39,029 bases of DNA from Conidiobolus incongruus B7586 (taxonomy: Eukaryota): NCBI GenBank assembly GCA_000697335.1, contig JNEM01010206.1, positions 1-39,029 of the forward strand, in the 5' to 3' direction. Made by a program: the position numbers and the translations under genes. The notes under the pieces are model-generated. The model was given only the letters and a program-made list of their open reading frames with translations, searched no databases and was not told where the DNA came from. This document shows, piece by piece, positions 25,857-37,004 of this stretch (the stretch's first letter is position 1; every line of letters starts with the position of its first letter).

Positions 25857-27199
25857 CTATAATGGAATTTCTTCAACTTTAGGCTTTTCTTCATATTCAC
25901 CTAATAATTAAATAAAATTAATATCAAATTGAAATATATTGGATTTAATTTACCTTTTTCAGTTGAAGATCTATTAGATTTCAAAGCAGCCTCTATTTCC
26001 CCCAATGTTTTCAATTCAGGAGGATTACCTCTGATACTGATGGTACTTTCCTCTGACTCAGATAGGTCATAGGCTTGCTTTCTCGTCTCTTCCCATTTCC
26101 TTGTGCTGGTAAATTTATGCTGTTCATAAATATCCTTCTCCTTGACAATATTTAACATAACAAACTCTACTGCCCATTGTGATAAATCCAGCATTGCCAT
26201 ACCCGCAACAATATTAAGAATCAAGTTAATGATATTAAATGCCCCAATACTTCCTGTTTGAATGAACATTATCCTAATACCATGCGTATTGACAACTGTA
26301 AAATGATTCATTGGTGAGGGATCTGTTGATAGAAGATTATCATATACAGACTCAACATATTTGAAATCGGCACCAGGCGCTTCTTGAACAGTTATTTCAT
26401 AAGTCACCTCCCAAGGACGATACCAAGGATTCTCGTAATTAATTAAGGCCAAAAGTACTATTCCTTCATATCTCTTAGGCTTGGATCTCTCATTTTCTAC
26501 TTCATCTAGATCAATTCCTCCTGCTTCTAATATTTGATCTACAGAGAATACATAATCTTTATCTTTTCCTTTAATAGGAAACTTTACAATTGGCTTATCT
26601 TTGGAATCTAGAATCTCCCCTCTCATTGACCTTGAAGTCAAGACTTCTCCAGTTGTCGGACTCATGATGGAATGATCAATCAGTATTGTGTAATATTCAG
26701 GATAGCTAGCGTAAAATGCAATAGCTCTATCATAATCGTTAGAATTATGCTCATAGATATCGTAAATACAATTGCGATCAGAAGAGATTAAACCATGTTG
26801 TGAGCTTTGACATCCAGGCTTCAAATCGTTATATAGAGTTAAATTTACTCTAGTAGGGACAAGGATAGAATGCTCAGTTGATCCATAAAATTCAGCTATA
26901 TATCTGCAGCCCAATGCTGGAGAATAATCCTTAGCACAATAATCCAAGTTTTTGCTCGATTCAAGCTTTTCAAAATCGGGTACACGCACAGACACTCGAA
27001 CGCTACCACCCGATGGCTTATCAAGATCCATGTAGCCTCTCTTATACATCAATTCATATAGCCCAATATATAATAGTGCCAAAATGGTCAAAAGAGTGTT
27101 GAATAAACCCAATCTAGGATCTTTGATCTTCACGACAGCTTGGGTCTCAAAAGTTGTGGTATTGTCTACAATCCAATTGATAAACTTTCTGAGAACCAT
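25857..27199 (-). CDS. P2X receptor-like (ATP-gated cation channel family) protein; one intron at 25953-25901
   Basis: FETQAVVKIKDPRLG N-terminal motif, TM1 followed by KRGY, GSVRVS strand, HGIRIMFIQTGSIGAFN before TM2, and YEQHK (YxxxK motif). The last exon reads GEYEEKPKVEEIPL*. Confidence 0.9.
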
Positions 27200-27814
27200 T
27201 ATATTTTTATAATATTCTTGATATATGTGTAGTTGACATCAATTCACTAACTACAACAATTATTCATCAAATGATATATTTATACTCTAGAGAGGATATT
27301 AAATATAACTTTTCAAACAGTATCAACAACTTCATACTTCTTGTAAGTCCTGATTCAGAAATATTTATCCTATGAATCAAAAGTACTATTTCAAAGACTT
27401 CAATCACTTTGATGATTTTGAAATTTGGCATTCTTTGAAAGATACTCCTTCGGAATTATTTCAAATATATTTCAAAAAACGGGTCATCTACCACAGTCTA
27501 AATACCACAATAGTGGTTCCTATCTCTTACTATGATAAGTTTATTTTATTAATAATCTTTGCAGCTCTATTACCTAATATAATATCGGAAGAATTTCACA
27601 TATTTTAAATTTACAATAAAGGAATTTGGTTCTAGGAATGCAATAAACTTTAGAGTAATATTTTAACCAATTAAATTCTGAATGAGAGCAACAAAGTAAA
27701 GTTTCAATTTTATAAAACTTAATATAATATCCTAAAAATATAACTTAACAGTATAACTATGAATAAAAAGTAATTTATATTAAATAAAATATTTGATGGA
27801 AATATTTTATCTTA

Positions 27815-29132
27815 TTACTATAGAATTGAAGAAATGGGAAATTTTTTAATTTCTGATTTTTCAAACATATTATTAGTTTCAAATAAGCAAATATATACAA
27901 AACAAATAGGAAAATAAATAGTTTTGAATTATATATATATATATATATAATAATTTTTTTGATTAAAAAATGAATTTTTTAAAATTAGTTGTTTAATTTA
28001 ATCATGTTTAAACTAAATAGTAACTATCAAAAGTTTTTTATTTTAGTATCAGTAAAACTTAACCACAAACCCTCTAAAATCATTTAAAATTTACAAACAG
28101 CTTTTGGTAATGAAGCATTATCTAAATTAACAATTTATTGCTAGGTAAATTACTTTAAGGTTAAGAGAGAAACTACCTAAAACTTGTTAAAATCTAGAAG
28201 ATTAATTTTAACTATTACTTTTTTAATTATTAATAAAGTAAAAAATTATATTGAAAAACACCTTTTTATTTTAGTTAAAGAATTATCAAAACACTTTAAT
28301 ATTAGTTACACAAGTATTTTATATATATTAAAGTTTAAATTAAAATTAATTAATAAAAATATAAAATAGGTACCTTATAATTTAACTAAAGCTTAAAAAA
28401 AAGCTAGAGTAACTATTGCTAAACAAAACTTACTAAGGTATAACCAGAAACCAAAGCTTTTATAGTGAATTATTATAATTAATGAATCTTAAATTCCTTT
28501 GTATAATCTTTTGTTAAAATATAAATCAAGGTGTTAGATTAAACTAAATCAACCCCCTCTACAAATTCCTTTAAATAAACACTTTATTGATAAGCAAATG
28601 TTAATTATAGTAATAAATTATAATAGCATATGCTATTCTTATTTAGTTCCTAAAGGAAAATCTATTAATAGTAAACTTTATATTTCTTTTTTAAATAAAA
28701 CTATTTCTAATTAGTATTCTTAATATAATTTAAGAAAACCTATTATTTTACATGATAATTACAAAATACATAAATCTAAAGTTGTAAAAAACTTTCTAAT
28801 TAAAAATAACTGGAAAAAACTACCACATCTAGTATATTCCTTAGATTATAACCTATGTGATTATAATTGTTTTGGGCAATTAAAAAACCAGCTTACAAGA
28901 AAGAAAATTTCTACAGGAAAATTTAATTGGTTTGTAAAACATCAAATTTCAGTCTTTAATAAAAAGAACTGTTTTTTAGGTGTTAGATCTTTGCTAAAAG
29001 TATAGCAAAAAGTTATTAGAAATAAAAGAAATTATTAATTTTATATTATATATTTATTTTTACTTTGTATATATTAAAATGTTTATTTTTTTTCAATCAC
29101 AAAAAATTCCCATTATTTAAATTACAAAGTAA
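27815..29132 (+). mobile_element. mariner (DD34D) DNA transposon, copy 2, hypermutated
   Basis: TA at 27813-14 and 29133-34; same TIRs as copy 1; colinear with 4067-5374. Confidence 0.95.
28004..29038 (+). pseudogene. mariner transposase pseudogene (345 codons, frame intact, 12 internal stops)
   Basis: In one frame: FGNEALS..TIYC*V (HTH region), *VPYNLT (WVPHEL motif), IIINES*I (IVTGDEKW), LHDN, LPHLVYSLDYNLCDY (YSPDLAPSDY) and V*QKVI. Exactly 34 residues lie between the second and third catalytic Asp. Confidence 0.92.
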
Positions 29133-31769
29133 TAATAAAGTGATATTCCCCTTTAATTAATATAATCACATTTAATTTACTTCACATTCATCAAGTCAAA
29201 GCTTTTGAAGAAATAATATATTTATTCTATACAAAGATTTCTAATTTATTGTTAATGAGTTTTTTTAATATTACTAAATCTAAAGTTATCTGTGTTTTAT
29301 TTTACTAATAGTTATTTGGAATAATTCATTATGAAAAGATTAAACAATGTTGATTGAACAATATATATCTTTAGACTGCAATATTTAAGTTGAAATATGT
29401 CGTATACATAGTTTCTTATAATTTATTATTTGCTAAAATCTATTATTTAAATAAATAATATTATTAACTAGAAATTCTGATTTTAAATAAATATGAGTTA
29501 GCCTTATCAAAATAAATATGTAATTGTGAAAATTTAATTTATTATACTATTTATTTAATTTAGGTTCATATTTGAAAGTTTTTGATAAATTTATGTTTAT
29601 ATCTTTAATATTGCCTATGTAATATATAGTTGAGCGATTTTTTATATTAACTTTTATCATTTATAGAATTATATTAAAAAATACTGGAGAATATATAAAT
29701 AAGGTATTTAATATAATGCAATAATGTTAAAAAAAAATAATTTTTTCATGTAGAAAATTTTCAAAATTCTAAAATTTGACTCATTGGATCATATTAAACA
29801 TCTGACTATGGTAAAACCAGCTTTCTGAAATATATAGGTTTTATAGGAAATTAATTATTAATAACATATTAAATAAAGTATCTTTATTTCAGTATATATA
29901 TATGTTTATATATTATGATTCCAAAAGGTATTTTAAATTTTTGTTAAATACAATCTCTTAAAATATTTCTTGTGTTTCATTTAAAATAATCACTTGTTAA
30001 TCCATATATAAGTATCTTTCATAATATTAATTATTATAATATAGTTCTTAAACCAACATCTAATATATTAAGAATAATATTGATTAACTGTGAATTTCTT
30101 AACCAAAGCTAATAAAAATTTTAGTAATAATTTAACAAAACATTATTTCTATTTAATGATATGGCGTTTCAAGAGTAATAAACTTATTTTGCTTTTACCA
30201 ATTATAGTTAATCATATTGATGTATATAATTTAAGTTTTATAGAATAAAATTCACATCAAATATTTCAATCATAAGCTGCAACATCCCGCAATATTTTGA
30301 ATACATAAAATAAGCTTTAATCTTTAAAAGATATTTTTCACCTTAATTCTGCAAGTTGGATTTCAAAATATTTGACCCAATGTGTTGCCTTATATCCCAA
30401 ACAGTGTTTTATTAAAAATATAATTTTTCAAATTAATCGATGAGAATTTAATATTACTAAAGATATAGTGCTGCCTGTTTTAAACAATAATCTTTAAAAG
30501 ATATATTAATAGTTATAATAGTAAAAATAACTCAATAATTTGCAATACAAACTGACACTAATTATATTTCATATATAAAGACAAAAACATTTTTAACTGT
30601 ATTTGTCATATATTCATAGATTAGATCCTATTGGGAAGATGAAATTACTCCAAGTAAACTGAATTGAATTAGGTGAAGTAAATTATAAAAAACCATATTT
30701 CAAATATAGTTATAACTTATCTTCTTAGCTTGACTTTATCATTTAAAGGTTGTTTAATTTCATTGAATTGAAACACTCCAAATTTATTCGAAATCAAGTA
30801 TAGAGAAATTTAATAAGAGTGTAACTGATTGATCGTTGGATTGGTATCTAATATTCAAATATCAAATACTTCATTATCAGATAAACGTTATGTTTTCATA
30901 CTATAACTATATATTGGATATTATATCAGACTCATTCGTTTAAATATGACTTAATTATGCTAAGATAGCATCTGATTTAATAGCATTGATAAATAAAAAA
31001 CTAATAGTTTCCATATTAGAATTCTTACACCGCAGATGGTTCACAATGATTTGATACAATTTTTATTCACATTATCCAACTATACTCTCTGTGACTAATC
31101 TTAAGCTGATCTCCCCAACTTTTCTCTAACTGTCGAATTTCAAAATTTGGTCAGATTCCAATTTTCTATATTTGTAGGATACTTAATTTGATAATGGTGT
31201 AAGCGTTATGAGAAGGAGATTATACAAATTACACTGATTGAATGAGATTTGTTTAATAGAGATAGCACACATCATAATGATATGAGTTGAAACTGTATAC
31301 CACCATGTTAATTTATAATAATAAATATAAACGCCCTGTTTTAAATAGTGTGTTAGGATAAGATGATGAAATTGAATTAAGTCCTATCAGTCCGTCATTA
31401 GGTTAAAATCAATTAAATTAAACTTCGAATAGCTCCTCAAGTTTAAACAATCGACTTACCACACTCTTTTTCTGCTTAAGATTCCAATTACCAATAAAAA
31501 TGATGCGATTTCAAAAAAGTATAAAAGTTGGACCAATCCATAAGAAATTGTGTTTCAAGCTTTTATCCAGTTTTTCTGACTAATAAATTCTTTATTTTCC
31601 TTCTACTCTCTATTTGATTTTTAGAAGGCTCCTTTTCCGAACAGGCTTGTATTATTTTTATTAACTTGTATTCTTCTATTTGATTATTGTCCCATTTTTG
31701 TATATACTTCAATCAACTTTAACTATCTATCAACACTTACTCGGCAATTACCCAATTATCCTTTTAACG

Positions 31770-33135
31770 ATGACTGAAACTATTAACACAATATTAGACA
31801 CTCTAGAAAATGATTATTCTAAAATGAGTTTGGAGCCTAAAATTAACTATGAAACCAAAGAATCACATATAACCGATTCCAACGACATTGATCCCGATAT
31901 CACACTGGATGGTAGTGAAAATTTATTTCCACCTCCTTACCAAAGCTCAATGGCTAGAAACCCTCACTCAGACCATCCCAGTATGAATATGATGTTATAT
32001 GAAAAAGTAATAATTTATCGCTTAGTATTATCAATGTGAGATTAATTTTATTTTTTTTAGATGCTCAATTTAGAATGTTTGGTATCTAATATTCATGATA
32101 CTATCGTGGATAGTGCATTACTTAATAAGGATGTTTCTCAACAACTTAAAGAGTAATCTTATATAATGCAGAATTTGCCCTTGTGCAATTATATTAATAT
32201 TTTATTTTCTTAGAATAAATGATACTATGAATAAGTTTCAAAAAGAAGCATCCGTTCGCTTGCGACAAAAACTTAGTGTAAAGCCAGACTGCCAAGTAAT
32301 GCTCAAAAATACACCTATTTTATAAGGAATAGTTATTGATACTATTTGACTTTAGACTCTCTTTAACCCTGATGGCTCACAGCCTGCTAAAACACCTACC
32401 ATGGAAAATGAAGACTGTTTTCCCGTTGAAGAAGACAGTCAACGATATGATAGAGTATGTTCAATGGTTGAAACCCTAATATCGGATGCCAACACGGTAT
32501 TATCAAATCGTGGTATTCCTTCTAAAGAACTATTTCAAAAACAATTGGAGAATGATCTCGCTGAACTTGGCCCATTGATGAAATCAACCGATTCAATTTC
32601 TAAAGCCGAGGAAATGACTCATCACTCAGAACCACCTACTATCTATGCTGAGCCTCAGCCTGTTGAAGAACCTGAGACTAATGGGGATTCACTGGTATTT
32701 GAATTTTCTTGCAGTTTCAAACGTCCTGGCAACTCCACAATTCCTCGCAGTTTGAAAAAGAAGCTTACTTTGCCTCTGTTTCGTCAACAGTCACTTACTT
32801 CTTCCAATGACAAATCATTAACAGATAGTAGTTCAACACAATCTACCGAGACTGCTTTGATTGATCCATCTTTGGTTACATTTTCAAATTTTGGAACTGT
32901 TGGATTATTAGTCCTTCTTGCCTATTGGACTTTCTTGTTTACTCTTGGTACTGTACTCCTGGATTCTTCTCTCTGTGATATGGCTGGACTTCAAGTAATG
33001 GAACTTGTTGATGCTATTTCAGGTTCTCGCGCTAAACGTGTTGAGCAAAGACGCCTTGCAACTAAGAAATCATTCCCCCGTATCGAGTACCAAATCCCTA
33101 TTGCACCTGTCAGACATCGTAGGAACTCATTTTAA
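31770..33135 (+). CDS. hypothetical protein with a C-terminal transmembrane segment, 4 exons
   Basis: Exons about 31770-32006, 32061-32152, 32214-32295 and 32356-33135 join in frame through GT-AG introns. Hydrophobic segment GTVGLLVLLAYWTFLFTLGTVLL followed by a basic tail. Family not recognised. Confidence 0.75.
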
Positions 33136-34212
33136 CTTATAATCAACTAGGTGATCATAAATATTTAGCTGAGAATTCACATTCATTGTATATTTTATTA
33201 ATTAAATATGTACATATTAACTTGAACATCTCCAATCGCGCTAAAGATTTTAATTGAGCACTAATCCTATTTATTTATGATCTTTAACCAAATTGTTAAA
33301 ATGAACAATGACTTTGACAATCTATACTTGTATTAAAAAATTATAAAAATGGACTAAATATTATATCTATTGCATATATTATAGCAATATTTAATAAAGG
33401 ACTATTTATTTTTATTCTCATTTAACTTGCAGGTAAATATTATTTAGATATGATACCTAGAACCAAAGATTCTAACAATCAAATATGACTAAACTAGTAA
33501 CTTCTTAGTAAAATATAGCTTAAACTGAGCAATTCAATCAAAATATTTGTCTATCTGACATGTATCATCTACTTTATGAAAAATGATTTCAAATTAATTT
33601 TGAAACAAAATTTCCTTATTTCAAAATAATAAAAAAATAAATACTGATGTTAAAACAAAAAATAATTTAACCACATAAATTGGAATCAAAATAATCTTAT
33701 TGCTCTACTAATTTGAATATGGTTAAATATTTTTAATAATTTGAATCGATTTAACACTGTTATCTAGTAATTTCTAATGATTATTCTATCATGATGTAAT
33801 TTTATTAAATCAATTTAACCTATATTTATTAATCTTTAATATTAAATTGGTTTCAATCAATGAATGAATTAATTTTCAGAAATTACTATGACTGCGAGGA
33901 TAATGAATGGATTAATTTTTCAGATGATTTCATAATCGAACGCCGATTATTTAGCTGATTTAACCAACTTTTTTATTGATATTTAATGTTGCGAAAATTA
34001 TTAAAATCTAATATTATATAAAAGAATATTATGGTTATTACTACTTTTAGTATTCTAAAATATATTTTTAATTATATTATTAATTAAATTACATTGATCA
34101 AATTAGATCTTAGTATTTTATTTGGATGGAGTACTTGTTGCTTTGATATTCTTAGTTTTGATGTATATGCATATATTATTATCAGTTTGTTAGATTAACT
34201 ATACAATTATAA

Positions 34213-35227
34213 TCAATTTGTAGTTCTATCAGAATTTGATAAAATTCTATATCTAGGATAAAGATGATAATTAATATTACACAGTAAAGTATAATATATT
34301 TCACTTACTTGAATAAGCAACCTTCGACACTTTCAATATCTAGGTGAGGACTTCCCAACTCGTCTAAAAATTTGACAAAATTATGGATCAAATTACCACC
34401 TTGATAAATCAGGAGAGTAGGAAGAACAATTTCGTCAAATTTAGTAGATAACAAATGACTTTGAATTCGACAAAATAGTGTATGCTGATATTCAAAGCAT
34501 AATTCATCTAGTATTTCATTTAATTTGTTACATTCTGGTATATGCTATTTATTTGAGTTAATATCTATTATAATCTATGATATTTATATGCACTTACTGT
34601 TTGATATAAATGAATAATAACATACACTTTAGGTGATTGTTCGTCGATAACTTGAATATAATTATCTTCGTTTAATTCATAAACCTTATTGAAAATAGGT
34701 TGATCAAGGTTATCTTTCTTGATATCCAACTTTTCAACTTTCTGACTCATTCTTAATTCTTCCAATCTCTTCTGTCTATATTGTTCAAAAAAAGCTTCAT
34801 CATCAGATAAATTATCTTCAAGTTCGTCTAAATCCAAATTGTTATAACTATTTTCCATTTGGTTTAAGAGTTCCAACTGGTCAGAGCTCACACCACAGTG
34901 ACTACTCATCTGATTGCCCATACTGTTACTCTTTTCCAACTTTTTCAGATATCGATAATCTGAAATAACACCCTTGACACCTGTTTGTCTTCCTGAAGTT
35001 CTTTGATTCAACAAATTAGCCTATCAATAATAATATTTAATATTAATAAATATTTAATTAATAAATATTACTTGCTCTATAGTTTTCTCTTCCTGAATTT
35101 TAGCATATTTATCAATTTTTTCATCTTCCTCATTTTCAATTTCTTTATCGGAAACTAAAGAGTCGTTATCTCTCTCATTATCACTTTTTTCATCGATAAA
35201 TTGTACAATATCGGGAATCTTTAACAT
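34213..35227 (-). CDS. phosducin-like protein (PhLP1-type), 4 exons
   Basis: TGVKGVISD motif, EQYRQKRLEEL helix and a thioredoxin-like domain (VIIHLY...C...LPTLLIYQGG). Exons splice in frame to the stop at 34213-15. Confidence 0.88.
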
Positions 35228-35463
35228 ATTTTGAAATTATTAACAATTAAAAAGAATAACGAATTAGATTATCCTAGAATTTAGTTTATTCAGTATTATT
35301 TTCTATCTTCTAATTTTGTTTGCTATATTTGTTTGTAAATGTATTACTTAATTTGGTAAAAGTTATTATTTCTAAATTATTTGATATAAATCAAATTTGG
35401 ATAAATTTGAAATTTAATTAAATTTATTAGTGACATTATAGATTTATCAATTATATTAAATAT

Positions 35464-35799
35464 TAACACGTCTTGGGAAAGCCGTGTCCGGAATAGTATA
35501 AGCAAAAGAGAGAGATCTAGGGAATTCCAGGTAAAGGTAAGGGAGATAGGGGGTTTATTAGTTCAGGCCAAATAACTGGGAGGACCCAGATCGAACTCCT
35601 TCTGTTTAGAATAGCTCTTGTTTCTGGGTTCTATATATAGTGCATAGAGTAGTAGGTTTCTGGAGTTTTCTGGAGGGTTGTATTGTTAGCTGATTAAAGG
35701 ATAAGGTTGAATTGGTTGGTCACGTGAGGGGGGGAATGACCCTTATATTCAGTTGAAGTAAGAATATTACGTGGGAGGAGAGTCACCTGACTCGTGACA
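35464..35799 (-). mobile_element. solo LTR (336 bp), probably Ty3/gypsy-like
   Basis: GC-rich island whose minus strand begins TGTCACG. The other end (TAACACG on plus) is an imperfect inverted repeat. ATAT flanks both sides. TATA (35632-39) precedes AATAAA (35554-59) on the minus strand. Confidence 0.75.
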
Positions 35800-37004
35800 A
35801 TATTAAAAAAATTGAAATAATTTTAGATATCTTGATACTAAGTATATCTATTTTATATAACTTTTGATCTAATATAGCTTATAATTGTAAACAATAATAA
35901 TTTTAATATTTCATGTATATTATCATTTAAATTCAAATATATAGTATTTTGTTATTCAAGAGTATTTTTTTTCTGTCCCATATATACTCTGAATTACTAA
36001 ATTTTATGATTAAGATATTCAAATAATAGTAACATATTTGTTATTTTATCTTTTATTAATTCAGTATTCTCATAAAATATATTGAAATAATAAATGCTTA
36101 GTTTGAAATAAATTAGTGCAAAATTATTTTTATTGTGATTAAAATACAATAATAATAAAACAATAATTTACCAATGAACAAATACTATAATAGTTAATAG
36201 ACGTTGATTTAATCTAGGTTTTTTCATGTATCTACCTTGTCATATAATGATCAAATTATATTCTATATTTTTCTTAGAGAGCTATATTTAATTTACAATA
36301 TCAATTTTCTTTAGGTTTGATAATTGTTAAAACTAAATAATTTGAAAGATACATAATTATTCAAAATGTGATAATTTTTTTTCAGTTAGTTAATATACAA
36401 ATTATTTTTTATTTTTTATTTTTCTTTTATAGTGCTCACTCAAAATAGTATTTCATTTTTAAAATAATATTTGCTTTCAAAAAATCGCGTAATTAAATGT
36501 TTTCAATAAAATGAAAAACTATTCAAAAATACATTACTTGCTTATATGTGTTTAATACATTGTCATTAATTAAAACAAATAATGATTTTAATCATATATA
36601 AAGTAGAAATAAGTTAAAACTATAATTTTGAATTAAAATATAATTGTCTTACCAAGCACCAATTATTTTGTTACCAATAGCTAATTAAATGATATAAATC
36701 ATAAAATATTTCAAAATAACAACTTCTTGAATCGTATAAGTATTAATAAAAAAACTGACATATATAATAAGATTTCATTCAAATACACATATTTTTTTAT
36801 ATTATAATAATATAAAATGAATTTCAATCAATTCAAAAAATTCTCACAAAATTTTTAAAGAAAACAGTAGTTGATAATAATAACTATATTTGGTAATAGA
36901 ACAATCCCAAAATTATTTTACAAAATTATATTACCTCAAGCTCAGTGTCATAAAATAACTTTTGACTGGTTGATCTTTACATCAATAATCAAAAATTAAA
37001 TAAA

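Noticed and set aside
27372..27608. 78-aa ORF divergent from P2X
   Set aside because: No recognisable family or convincing gene structure; it may be a gene remnant but I cannot support a call.
28184..28369. 61-aa ORF as an independent gene
   Set aside because: It is a stop-bounded fragment of the mariner transposase pseudogene.
28004..29038. Alternative genetic code or stop read-through as the explanation for in-frame stops
   Set aside because: All three stop types occur, they differ between the two copies, they accompany missense transitions at catalytic residues, and host genes use standard stops.
29700..31300. Patches of coding-like sequence (for example TVWDIRQ on the minus strand)
   Set aside because: I could not assemble a consistent exon chain; possibly a decayed gene.
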